A DNA stretch of 64,000 nucleotides from the IMG/VR virus record IMGVR_UViG_3300042887_005053, positions 124,001 to 188,000 of that record; one strand, written 5' to 3'. The notes below the pieces were generated by a model. The model did not search any database, was not told the origin of the DNA, and was given only the letters and a program-made list of their open reading frames with translations. The translations under genes were made by a program, and so were the position numbers. The number at the start of each line of letters is the position of its first letter. Position 1 is the stretch's first letter. This document shows positions 20,940 through 30,866 of the stretch, piece after piece.

Positions 20940-23411
20940 ATGGATAAACAACTGTTATCTGCTCTAAATAATGTTTCTGTTGCACTAGAAAGACTAGCTG
21001 ATATGTTATCAAAAAAAGATAACAAATCTTCAGCAACCACAGCTGCGTTACAATCTAATAAATTAGACAAACAGTTAGTTTCCATTGATAAGGGTGTAAA
21101 GCAGTTGCAGTCTGATACTAAGATGATATTAAAAAATCAAGAAATTTTAATAAAACTTAGTAAGCAAAAACCAATGGACAAAGATCCAATTGCAAGAGCA
21201 GCTGATCCTAAACAAAAAACCAATCTTAAAGATGGATTGAAATCTATAATGATGATAGCAGTTGGTGTATTAGCAATAGGTTTAGCATTCAAATTAGTAG
21301 GTGGTATAAAATTTGCATCAGTTATTGCGTTAGCAGTCGCTTTGCCACTTGTTGCAATCGCATTTGAAAAAATTGCTAAACTAAAAGACCTTAAAGGAAG
21401 TCAAATGAAAAACTTAGTTTTAGTTACAGTAGCAATCGCAACAGCTATAACACTATCATCATTCATTTTATCAATGGTAAAACCGGTCGGAATATTTAAG
21501 TTATTTACTGCGATTATGATTGGTGCAATGTTTGCTGCAGTTTCTCTTGGAATAGGTAAGTTTTTAATTGGTTTGAAAAAAGCTGACATAAATCCGATGC
21601 GAGATTGGAAAATGTTAATTTTTCTTCCTGTTGTTATGTTGGCAATTTCTGTAGCTATAGCAGCTTCATCTTTTGCCTTACAACTTGTTAAACCAGTTGG
21701 TATATTTAAGTTATTTACTGCAATATTGATAGCTGCTATGTTTGGTGCACTTTCTTTTGGTCTTGGTAAACTGATACAAGCATTTAGAAAAACTGGAAGT
21801 ATTGCTGATTTGGCAAAGATGGCAATAGCTTTACCAATAATATTGGTTGCTATTTCTATTTCTATTGCCGCTTCATCTTTCTTTTTATCTAAGGTAAAAC
21901 CTATTGGATTGTTTCAATTCTTTACTGCCTTATTCATTGCAATTATATTTATACCTATTTCTTTTGCAATACCTTTCTTAGCAAAGGCTATGAGAGGTGT
22001 AGACTTAAAAAGAATTGTTTTGTTACCAATAATGATTATTGCCCTTGCTGCTTCAATTTGGATAAGTTCATTATTCTTTAGTAAGACAAAAGTTATACCT
22101 TTTGGTAAACTAGTCAATATATTAGCTCAAGCAGTCACATTAGCTGCTGTTTCAATAGTTTTAAGTTTTGCAATAAAGGTACTCTCGAAAATACCTATCA
22201 GTCAGATTATTAAGGGTTCACTAGCGATGATTATAATCACTGGTGTGATTATGGTTACTTCACTAATACTATCTGTTGGTAAATATGATAAATATCCTAA
22301 ACCAGATTGGGCAATAGGTGTTGGTCTAAGTTTAGCTTTCTTTGGTGTAGGTGCTGTTTTATTGGGAACTCAAGCACTTAATCCTTTCTTTTATGCAGGT
22401 TTAGGTATAATAGCTTTAGTGGCAGGAACAGTTGTTGCAGTTTCTTATATATTAGCAGCTGGAAATTATGAAAAATATCCAAGTGCTAAATGGGTAGGTT
22501 CTACAGTGGCTATACTTGGAGGATTTGGTTTGTTGCTAGTTGCTTTAGCTATAGTTTCTCCGTTACTTTTAGTGGGTGGTCTCGCTTTGTTTGGGATCTC
22601 GAAACTAATTAAGTCAATTGATAAAACGTTTTCTGAGGGCAATTTTACAAAGTATCCTTCACAAGATTGGATAAAGGGAGTTTCTATGTCTATCAAGGGG
22701 TTCACAAAAATAATGACTGATACTAGTTTTGGTGATGTTTTGAAAGGTGGATTAAAAAGTTTCTTTGGTGGTGGTGTGGATGATGTTGCAAAAGCAATTT
22801 TGAAAATTGATAAGATATTTTCAAAGGGTAACTTCCAAGTTTTTCCAAGCACAAATTGGATGATGGGATTGAGTAATAGTGTAAAACAATATGTAGAACT
22901 TGCAAAGTATTTATCAGCAAGTGGTGTTACTTCAGCAGGTGGTTTACTGGGTGTGATCTTTGGATTCAAAAGTTTGGCAGATGGATATGAACAATTAGCT
23001 AAGGGAGTAGGTAAACTTGGTGAAGAGTTAAACAAAGTTGATACCGAAAAATTAATGGCATTGAAAAATCTGACTGGTTCGATAGTTCTTCTATCTCTTA
23101 TGGATGTTGATCAATTTGAAGCTATGATGGATGCTTTAGAGGATAAAGCACAGATATTTATAGACATTATGAATGATCTTGATAAAGCTGAGGCAGAAAA
23201 AGTAGAAAAGGGTAAGAAATCAGCACCTGCTTCTACTGTGAAAACTGGCGAAAAGAAAAAAGGACCGCCTCCTAAATCTATGGATGATGTTTATAAAGTT
23301 CTTGATGCTATTAATATGAAACTTGGTAATATAGATAAGTCTAGTAGTAATATTTCCGTCTACATTAACGAAGTAAGAGGTGAAGGTGGGAAATTAAAGA
23401 AACAAGTTTAA
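20940..23411 (+). CDS. Putative tape measure protein (T4 gp29-like role)
   Basis: 823 aa, Ala/Ile/Leu/Gly-rich amphipathic helical repeats with charged termini. About 70-aa repeats (KPVGIFKLFTAI twice, 210 nt apart; KPIGLFQFFTAL 207 nt later) and four (Y/F)xxYP..(D/K/N)W repeats. Confidence 0.65.
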   Translation: MDKQLLSALNNVSVALERLADMLSKKDNKSSATTAALQSNKLDKQLVSIDKGVKQLQSDTKMILKNQEILIKLSKQKPMDKDPIARAADPKQKTNLKDGLKSIMMIAVGVLAIGLAFKLVGGIKFASVIALAVALPLVAIAFEKIAKLKDLKGSQMKNLVLVTVAIATAITLSSFILSMVKPVGIFKLFTAIMIGAMFAAVSLGIGKFLIGLKKADINPMRDWKMLIFLPVVMLAISVAIAASSFALQLVKPVGIFKLFTAILIAAMFGALSFGLGKLIQAFRKTGSIADLAKMAIALPIILVAISISIAASSFFLSKVKPIGLFQFFTALFIAIIFIPISFAIPFLAKAMRGVDLKRIVLLPIMIIALAASIWISSLFFSKTKVIPFGKLVNILAQAVTLAAVSIVLSFAIKVLSKIPISQIIKGSLAMIIITGVIMVTSLILSVGKYDKYPKPDWAIGVGLSLAFFGVGAVLLGTQALNPFFYAGLGIIALVAGTVVAVSYILAAGNYEKYPSAKWVGSTVAILGGFGLLLVALAIVSPLLLVGGLALFGISKLIKSIDKTFSEGNFTKYPSQDWIKGVSMSIKGFTKIMTDTSFGDVLKGGLKSFFGGGVDDVAKAILKIDKIFSKGNFQVFPSTNWMMGLSNSVKQYVELAKYLSASGVTSAGGLLGVIFGFKSLADGYEQLAKGVGKLGEELNKVDTEKLMALKNLTGSIVLLSLMDVDQFEAMMDALEDKAQIFIDIMNDLDKAEAEKVEKGKKSAPASTVKTGEKKKGPPPKSMDDVYKVLDAINMKLGNIDKSSSNISVYINEVRGEGGKLKKQV

Positions 23412-23436
23412 ACTTAGAGATTTATTTTTATATAAT
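23410..23436 (+). promoter_or_regulatory. Middle-type promoter AAACTT-N15-TATAAT
   Basis: Same architecture recurs at 23862-23889 (+) and 38696-38723 (-), each time before a non-structural gene. Confidence 0.5.
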
Positions 23437-23440
23437 TTAG

Positions 23441-23863
23441 GTGAATATTTTTAAAAAAATAATAACATACAGAAAGTATAGAACTTCTATTTCTAAAATA
23501 GAAAGAGAACTATCTACTCAATTTAACATTCGAATCGATAGTGTTGGTAGATTATATACAGTTTTGAATATTCCTGAAGAAATATTTGAAGAACCGTATA
23601 ATATGAGAAAGTCTGACATTGATACTATTGCTCAGAATTACATAAAAGAGTATTCTACTAACTTATCGGTTTTCTTAAATAAGAATGACCTAATCGAGTT
23701 GTATGATTTTTATAGTATACAAAAAGTTGAAAAATATAGTTATCTTTTGATTTTTGGATTTTCTCTTATGAATACCGAAAAGTTCTTTAAAAGATTATAT
23801 TTCAGAGTAATTCCAATAGTTTCGATCATATTACTATCAACACTTTTTTTTCTTATTTTCTAA
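23441..23863 (+). CDS. Hypothetical protein with C-terminal transmembrane helix
   Basis: 140 aa, GTG start, hydrophobic C-terminus VIPIVSIILLSTLFFLIF. Confidence 0.65.
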   Translation: MNIFKKIITYRKYRTSISKIERELSTQFNIRIDSVGRLYTVLNIPEEIFEEPYNMRKSDIDTIAQNYIKEYSTNLSVFLNKNDLIELYDFYSIQKVEKYSYLLIFGFSLMNTEKFFKRLYFRVIPIVSIILLSTLFFLIF

Positions 23864-23889
23864 ACTTTAATTAATAAATCAGTTATAAT
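23862..23889 (+). promoter_or_regulatory. Middle-type promoter AAACTT-N16-TATAAT
   Basis: Lies 19 nt upstream of the ATG at 23909. Confidence 0.5.
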
Positions 23890-23908
23890 AGAAAAATAGA
23901 TTATAAAT

Positions 23909-24334
23909 ATGTCAAAATTTTATCATGTTTCTGAAGAAACAATCGAAACATTTAAGTCGGCTTTCAACAAAAAGTCGTTTCCTTTCAATGTTGGGTTTCA
24001 ATTTGTTGGATCTGAGTCACAAAAAAACCTAATTAAGATTTCTAAACTACCAGATCAGTTTTCTTTTCTTTTGGAAAAAGAATTACTGATTTCTATCAAT
24101 GATGAGTTGATGAGTGTGTTTGACCAAGAATCTATTCAGATTCTAATGGAACAAGAAATCGATAAAATTTCAGTAAACATGGATACCGGTAAAATTAAGA
24201 TGATTAAACCTGATTTAACAACTTTCTCAAGCCTAATTAATAAGTATGGTATAGAGAAAATTGCTAAAGCGAATAAAGTAGAAGAACTTTACGCTGAACA
24301 AAAACAAGATGCTGAAGAAGACTTTTTAGCATAA
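23909..24334 (+). CDS. Phage metallopeptidase-like protein, apparently lacking Zn ligands
   Basis: 141 aa. ILMEQEIDKI...KIKMIKPDLTTFSSLINKYG resembles the putative phage metallopeptidase family, but QEIDK replaces HExxH. Confidence 0.4.
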   Translation: MSKFYHVSEETIETFKSAFNKKSFPFNVGFQFVGSESQKNLIKISKLPDQFSFLLEKELLISINDELMSVFDQESIQILMEQEIDKISVNMDTGKIKMIKPDLTTFSSLINKYGIEKIAKANKVEELYAEQKQDAEEDFLA

Positions 24335-24345
24335 AAATAATATAA

Positions 24346-25059
24346 ATGAATATGGAAAATAATCAAACACTAGAAACAAATGTGGTAAAACCAAGTTTAT
24401 CATTTTTTGAAAATGATAACGAGTATCGAATGATTAGCTTTGAAACTGAAGCAGCTTTAGATGCAAAAATTAAAGAAGTTGAAGACTTCTTAAATAACAA
24501 TCACGGTCGTGGTAAATCAGAAGCTGAGAAGGATCAATTATACGCTGATGCTAAGGCTATCTGGGAACAATATGCTACACTATTGAGAGATATGGATTTT
24601 TCTTTCTATTTGAACAGAAAACAATATCAGTTCTTGACTGAACTTTTGAGAGATAAAATGGAGTATGATGTTAATACTGTATTTTTAGCTATCGAACTAA
24701 CAGATATGTTGGGTGAGTGGGTTAAAAAAGGTACAAACAAAGATGATGATTCTGTACAAGAATATGTCACTGATGCAACAGAAATCACTTATATTTATCA
24801 CTTGATCGCTAAGCATAAGGTCAAAGGATTAGGTAACTCGACTTATAGATTTGCTGAAGTTCTTAAAAGAATCGGTGCTATTTCTAAGATTATCGCTTAT
24901 TATGATACTCATGCTAAGAACTTCTCAAAAGATATTCAAGACTGGGTGGCTTCCTTTGAACCTAACATTATGATTGATGGTAAAAGTTGGGGAAAGTCTG
25001 AAGTCGAATCTGAAAATACAGATTCAAAAAAGAAGTCTAAAAAAGAAACAACAATCTAA
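24346..25059 (+). CDS. Hypothetical protein
   Basis: 237-aa helical ORF, co-oriented with neighbours and followed by a terminator. Confidence 0.75.
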   Translation: MNMENNQTLETNVVKPSLSFFENDNEYRMISFETEAALDAKIKEVEDFLNNNHGRGKSEAEKDQLYADAKAIWEQYATLLRDMDFSFYLNRKQYQFLTELLRDKMEYDVNTVFLAIELTDMLGEWVKKGTNKDDDSVQEYVTDATEITYIYHLIAKHKVKGLGNSTYRFAEVLKRIGAISKIIAYYDTHAKNFSKDIQDWVASFEPNIMIDGKSWGKSEVESENTDSKKKSKKETTI

Positions 25060-25062
25060 ATT

Positions 25063-25088
25063 AAAAACCCTCTTAATTGAGGGTTTTT
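25063..25088. terminator. Bidirectional intrinsic terminator
   Basis: aaaaaccctc-ttaatt-gagggttttt between convergent genes. Confidence 0.85.
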
Positions 25089-25092
25089 TATT

Positions 25093-28000
25093 TTAAATAG
25101 TTGGTACGGTTATCTGTATGATTGGTTCAAACGGTAATATCTGATCACCTCTGTAGCCAGTGTATAGATCATTTAGTCCTCTTATTTCATAATTCTTTTT
25201 ACTAGTATAAATTTGACCATATCCATTATCGCTAGTCACTTCTATTGTAATGAAGGGATCAATATTCGAATCAACAGTGAAGTTATAAGAATGAGTTGCA
25301 TTACCCAACCGATATTCAGACAAAGTTTGAATCGGATAATAATCTATCTTTTTCCATTCTGTCATGTCAAACCAATATTTGATGTCATTTGAAATTACAT
25401 TCTGATAAGGTGTCACAGTTGATTGTGTTCCATATACCAAGAATGAAGACTGAGTGCCAATATATTGATAAATTAAAGAATCGTATAGAGCATATTGTCC
25501 TTGTTGATAGTCAAATTCTGCGTCCCATTTTGTTACAGTGTCATATCTTCTTGGATTTTTGATTCTGTTATTATCTATCACGGATTCGTATAGTTGTCCA
25601 TAATAAATTATTCTATCACCAGAATTGTAAGTAGTAAACGGATTCCACTCTTTGTGAGTCTGGTATGTTCTAACTTTTATTGTGTAGTAATCTGGACTAA
25701 AAGAACTTGTGGCTATAGTAAAATCAACATGGCAAGTATATACTGTACTTCCACTATTAACTGGCATCAAGTAAGCTTCATTCAGTTTGAAGTCAACAGG
25801 TGTCATACTTTGTCTCAAATTAAGAATTTTAGCGTCATAGTTTCTATGTGTTATTGTATCTACTCCAACAAAATCTGCTCTTCCGGTAATGTCTAAAATT
25901 TTATGAGTGATAGGAATTACTTTTCTCTGTAACCAATATTTAAGTCCTTGTAATTTAATTATGACTTCGCCTAACGAATATAATAAAACATTATTTCCTT
26001 CTTTGTCGGTAATTTTATAAGTTAGATTAAAAAGATTTGTATCTTCGAAATTTGGGTTAGGCATAGTGTGCTTAATAAAGTCATTAATTGTCCAACCTTC
26101 GACTGTATTATCGAATATATCCGGAATCTCAACCTTGAATAATTTGTAAAAGTCTGGTGAATTGACATTTATATTTCTATAATACTCGTACAACTCTAAA
26201 TCATTATATCCGAATAGATTGATTGCGTTGATAATCGCTTTGTAAGAACCAACATATGGAAATATATCACTTCTGACCATTAACATTTCTTTTCTCTTCT
26301 GATTCAAATATGTCCAATCAACACCTTGTTCATTGATATCATAAGGTTTAAAAATGTAGGCATCTTCTGGCCCTATATTGTGACCTGTGTTAGTCAGTTC
26401 AATTCTGTATCTTTCATCTTCTATTTCTGTCTGACCCATGACTCTAAATTCACCTATAGACTTATCTTGAACCTTGAATCTTACAGATAAGTATGTCGTT
26501 TTCCCAGTCGATGGGTAGTTAGTGATTGATGTGGTCTCATTAACAAATGAATCATAACTTCTGATAAAGTCTACTATTAGTTGTCTAGAACTTATTCTTC
26601 TTATTTTGAAAGTTTTACCATGATTAATTGAAGCATACTTTCTTTTTGAATTAGTATTGTCAGTTATGTAAATTCTTATAATCTGGCCTACTTTCAAACT
26701 TCTTGTTAAGTTATTATCATCAAATAAGAAGGTTGAGTTAGAATTGATATCTAATGAAATAATACCATAGTTTCCGTTTTTAGAGTCTTCGACTAATTTA
26801 AAGGTCAAGATATTATTATTTGTAGAAGATGTTGTAAATGTAAAATCTATTTCTTCTCTCTTGTACAAAATTAAATTAGATTGTGCGGGTCCTTCATTAT
26901 CCGATCGAAATCCTATGAATGTTTGTAAAGGTTCTGGTAAAAATGAAAGATTGTCACTTGAGTCGACATGATCTAATGTATAGATAATTTCATTGAATAT
27001 AGTTTGTTGAAACTCTGGCAACGAAACTCTTTCTATAACTTTATTTGGATTCTTATTCAAAACAATATTTGTAAGTGGTTTAGGTCCAGTATATGCGTAG
27101 GATCCAGTTATTGGTAGTTGTTCACCACTGAAATCGTATAAGAATATCTCTGGATGTTCATCAGTTCTCCATTTCCAAACATATTTAACATTTACCTCAT
27201 CGTTATAGTTTTCTCTTGGTTTTCTTATATACTCTCTCGTTTTTAACCAAAGATCTTCTCTCGGTTGATAGTTAGGATCCAGAGATCCAAATCCTTGTGA
27301 AATGTTAGAGTATGTAGGATTTTCTATAACTATTTCGGATTGAATAAACACACCAATTTCAACCACATTATTAACAGAAGGTTGTACTCCTATTATACTT
27401 TGTCTATCTGGGTTGTAAATAACTTTGTTTACAGTTTGATTAAAGTTTTGTGTATGTTTAACGGTACTTAAAATATTATCTATCACTAAAACTTTACCAT
27501 TCGTTTGATTTGCTAAATAAACATCACCATCAAATTGACTTAGTGTCATTGGTCCATAACTAGAAGTTACAACTGATGATACTAAATTATCATCTAAATT
27601 AATTGTTTGAACAATTGTTGTTTTACTAATAATTATATTACCTGAATAGTTATTGAAAATAAAATCCGTGAAGGAGTTATCTGTTGAAACTACTGAGATA
27701 TCAACAATAGTTCCATTCTTAATCTTCTTTAAATTTGTTGAATCAAAGTAATAAACCCAACTATTTATAGGTTCGTAAAACAAGACCGATGTTATTCCAA
27801 TTATTGTAACAGTTGAGTCGATGGCTCTGGTTACTCCATCAATTATAGTCAATAAGTCCTGTGAAGAAACAAAAAACTGTTTTTCAAAGTCATTATAAAC
27901 TAAGTCAATCACATTTCCAGTAATGGTTATCTGAGTAGTTTCTGTTGTTGTAATATTATCTTTATCCCAAACATAAAGTACAGAATCATTAACAAATTGA

Positions 28001-30789
28001 ACATAAATATCACCATTCGTCGTATTGATTGAAATTTGCTGAATTTGCTTCGATGATAGGCTAGTTGAATCAGCAATAGTCGCAATTATGTTGTCCGTAA
28101 GAGGATCTACAATTGTTACTTGTTCAGATCCGTAACAATAAAGATAACTATTAATAGGGTTATAAAGAGCCTCTATTGGATTTGTTATGTTAAGACTAAT
28201 AGTGTTTGTTGTTCTAAGAGTAACAGCATCTAAAACTGTTAAGTTGCCACCAAGTATATAAATACTAGCACTAAGTTGTAGATACAAAATATCTTTGATA
28301 TTGACATTGACTACACTTGTTGAAGTTGAGCTATAACTATTAACTGAAGCAAAGTTCAAACTAAAAGATGGTTCAAATTGATCAACTACGAATTCACCAG
28401 CATTTGACAAGGTCGGCGAGATGGGTGGGAGACAAGCAGTCGCTCCAAATCCTCCACTAAAAGCTAAACTAACAAACGGTGAAATCTCACAAATTGGATC
28501 TATGGTTCCCCAGAATGGACCTTGATAGCTCAATACCAAGCTCGTTGGATCGATATGTAAAAGATTATATTCTTGGTTATTGTACGGTTTGTTTGTGTTA
28601 TTTATAGTAACAACTTGACCGGTTGAGAAAGGAAAAGTTTCAAAACTATAAGTTGATCCACTTGTTTGTTTTGGTAATGCTATTTCATTAGAAACTAAAG
28701 TTGCTCCGAATTGTCCTTTTATTTTATTTACAATTTTATACTGAGGAACACCCGGTATATCTGTTTTACCGGTCTTTATTGTGTATTCGAGTCTTTGTGA
28801 CTGTTCTTTCACTCTGAAAACAAGCATAGCATTTATACTCACGACATAAATTCCGTAGTCTGATAATTCATCTTGATAGTCATCAATCCAATTTGATAAA
28901 GCAGTTGCTAAGTCTGGAACTCCATTTGTTATAGTTACTGTTTGACCATAGCTTCTGCCATTAATTATTATGTTTAAATAGTTGCTTGAATCAAAGAAAA
29001 TTATCTCAGAATGTTGGATGTAAAAGTCTGCAGTCGTACCTACTTCAACCGAAAACTCTAGTGGTACATTAGGGTATTGTGTTCTTAAACTTATTGAATT
29101 ATAGTAAAGATTGCTAGCAATGCCTACATATTGGAAAGCGTATTGTAGAGTTGGTATAACACCAAGTGATACTAATCTCGCATAATGTTTTGTTAGCCAG
29201 CTTCGAAGAGTTCTATCAATTGTTCTTGGTAGATTAGGAGATGTTCCTACATAGATCCAATCTATCTCTTGTTGATAGACTTGTCCATCGATCATTATTT
29301 TAAGTCCAAATTCATCTAAATCGGTAAATATAATATTGTAAACAAAGTTTGAGTTAATATCTTCATTTATTTCCGGTAAAAGAGTTTCTTCAATACCAAC
29401 AGTTTGTTCTAAAATATTCTTCTTATTTGCTAAATTTGGTTGATTAGTAAACTGACTATTTGTTATACCATAGAAGTTTATAATAGCATATTCACTAGGA
29501 TAAACTAAATCAGCATAAAGTGTTGGTTCTTCGTAGTATAAATCTATATTGAATAAACTTAAATCATCTTTATAGAACTCAGCCGCTGAGGCTAAAGTAG
29601 AAGCATTACTGTAAGTAAATCTTTGTTGATAGTATATTTTATTGGTTGTTAAGTAAATATTTGTTTGATAAACATTTTCTGTTGCTAATGTAGTGGTTAT
29701 TGGTAGAAATGATGGTTGTGACCAATAAGAAGCACTTCCAGGTGTTATAGAAGATGTAGCATTCCAGTAGTGTGCTTGAATACACTCATAAATATTACTT
29801 TCCCATATGACCTGTGATTGTGTTGCGTAGTAGACAAGATTTGAATTGCCTAAAAATTGTGGTATAGAGTCAACAACTAAAGCATTTGAATTTAATGAAG
29901 ACAGTTCAATTGCAAACTCAATACCTGGTTTAAGTACAAGAGGTATAGTGCCAGAAAAATTTAATCTATTTCCTGAAAGCTCTAAATCACCAAAATAAAC
30001 AGATGGTACCTCAGTTTTAAGTACCAATTCTATCAATAAGTCATTACTTTGTGTAAAATTGTCTTTATTAAGTTCATATCTATAATAATTTTTGTCAGAT
30101 AAATTAATATTATTAACAGTATATACTCCATCATTTTTCTGAGTGTTGAAAAGAGTTAGTTTTTTTCCGTTAAAATATTTTCCGTAGAAATCTGGTTCTG
30201 ACCAAGAAGATATATTTGAAATTGTACCAGTTGAGTAGTTATAGATGCCGATTGAATTTACACCACTTATTGTTTTATCAACATATGACGAGGATAAGCC
30301 TAATTGTGTGTTGTATGTGAGATTAAATTGTTTATTATCAAGTCCTGATATTATTAAAATAGCATCTTTCTTTGTCTGAACAACAGTGTAAGTAATATTT
30401 GAGTTTGAAAATTCAAAAAGTGTTTGATCAAAAGTAATTTGTGTTCCAACTGGGAACTTTGATTCAAAATCTTGACCATAAATCCACTTTGAGTAAAAAT
30501 TCTGATCATTATTAACTGCTTCAATAGATGCTATAGATTGTGTTTTATAGGAATTACCATATATATCGAATCGATATTCATTAAATAATTGAAACTTATC
30601 GAGCTTCAAAACACCTGGTAGTTGATATTCAAAAGAAGGAACTTTTTCAAAAGTATAAATGCCAATAGTTTTGAAGGTATCATTGCTATTTTCATGAAAG
30701 ATTAAATCTCCCTTCCATTGTTCTGTTTCCTGATCGTATCTGAAATTTAAATTATCTCCTTCTTTGTTGAAGAATAGTAGTGATTGCAT
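25093..30789 (-). CDS. Giant baseplate-wedge-like protein with beta-propeller and CBM5/12-like modules
   Basis: 1898 aa. C-terminal YVGSYKAIINAINLFGY resembles gp7-type wedge segments. Central YVTN-like blades (~27350-28300) and three W/Y..G..(I/V).Y...Y modules. Confidence 0.55.
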   Translation of the reverse strand: MQSLLFFNKEGDNLNFRYDQETEQWKGDLIFHENSNDTFKTIGIYTFEKVPSFEYQLPGVLKLDKFQLFNEYRFDIYGNSYKTQSIASIEAVNNDQNFYSKWIYGQDFESKFPVGTQITFDQTLFEFSNSNITYTVVQTKKDAILIISGLDNKQFNLTYNTQLGLSSSYVDKTISGVNSIGIYNYSTGTISNISSWSEPDFYGKYFNGKKLTLFNTQKNDGVYTVNNINLSDKNYYRYELNKDNFTQSNDLLIELVLKTEVPSVYFGDLELSGNRLNFSGTIPLVLKPGIEFAIELSSLNSNALVVDSIPQFLGNSNLVYYATQSQVIWESNIYECIQAHYWNATSSITPGSASYWSQPSFLPITTTLATENVYQTNIYLTTNKIYYQQRFTYSNASTLASAAEFYKDDLSLFNIDLYYEEPTLYADLVYPSEYAIINFYGITNSQFTNQPNLANKKNILEQTVGIEETLLPEINEDINSNFVYNIIFTDLDEFGLKIMIDGQVYQQEIDWIYVGTSPNLPRTIDRTLRSWLTKHYARLVSLGVIPTLQYAFQYVGIASNLYYNSISLRTQYPNVPLEFSVEVGTTADFYIQHSEIIFFDSSNYLNIIINGRSYGQTVTITNGVPDLATALSNWIDDYQDELSDYGIYVVSINAMLVFRVKEQSQRLEYTIKTGKTDIPGVPQYKIVNKIKGQFGATLVSNEIALPKQTSGSTYSFETFPFSTGQVVTINNTNKPYNNQEYNLLHIDPTSLVLSYQGPFWGTIDPICEISPFVSLAFSGGFGATACLPPISPTLSNAGEFVVDQFEPSFSLNFASVNSYSSTSTSVVNVNIKDILYLQLSASIYILGGNLTVLDAVTLRTTNTISLNITNPIEALYNPINSYLYCYGSEQVTIVDPLTDNIIATIADSTSLSSKQIQQISINTTNGDIYVQFVNDSVLYVWDKDNITTTETTQITITGNVIDLVYNDFEKQFFVSSQDLLTIIDGVTRAIDSTVTIIGITSVLFYEPINSWVYYFDSTNLKKIKNGTIVDISVVSTDNSFTDFIFNNYSGNIIISKTTIVQTINLDDNLVSSVVTSSYGPMTLSQFDGDVYLANQTNGKVLVIDNILSTVKHTQNFNQTVNKVIYNPDRQSIIGVQPSVNNVVEIGVFIQSEIVIENPTYSNISQGFGSLDPNYQPREDLWLKTREYIRKPRENYNDEVNVKYVWKWRTDEHPEIFLYDFSGEQLPITGSYAYTGPKPLTNIVLNKNPNKVIERVSLPEFQQTIFNEIIYTLDHVDSSDNLSFLPEPLQTFIGFRSDNEGPAQSNLILYKREEIDFTFTTSSTNNNILTFKLVEDSKNGNYGIISLDINSNSTFLFDDNNLTRSLKVGQIIRIYITDNTNSKRKYASINHGKTFKIRRISSRQLIVDFIRSYDSFVNETTSITNYPSTGKTTYLSVRFKVQDKSIGEFRVMGQTEIEDERYRIELTNTGHNIGPEDAYIFKPYDINEQGVDWTYLNQKRKEMLMVRSDIFPYVGSYKAIINAINLFGYNDLELYEYYRNINVNSPDFYKLFKVEIPDIFDNTVEGWTINDFIKHTMPNPNFEDTNLFNLTYKITDKEGNNVLLYSLGEVIIKLQGLKYWLQRKVIPITHKILDITGRADFVGVDTITHRNYDAKILNLRQSMTPVDFKLNEAYLMPVNSGSTVYTCHVDFTIATSSFSPDYYTIKVRTYQTHKEWNPFTTYNSGDRIIYYGQLYESVIDNNRIKNPRRYDTVTKWDAEFDYQQGQYALYDSLIYQYIGTQSSFLVYGTQSTVTPYQNVISNDIKYWFDMTEWKKIDYYPIQTLSEYRLGNATHSYNFTVDSNIDPFITIEVTSDNGYGQIYTSKKNYEIRGLNDLYTGYRGDQILPFEPIIQITVPTI

Positions 30790-30810
30790 CTAATAATTGA
30801 CAATTTTACT

Positions 30811-30861
30811 TATATATTAAATTAGAGATAGCTACTATTAATAAATTAATTTTAATATATA
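30811..30861. promoter_or_regulatory. Divergent late-type promoter pair
   Basis: tatatatta at 30811-30819 (- strand, for 30789) and TAATATATA at 30853-30861 (+ strand). The latter overlaps the track's ATG, so the true start is probably 30867. Confidence 0.65.
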
Positions 30862-30866
30862 TGTTT

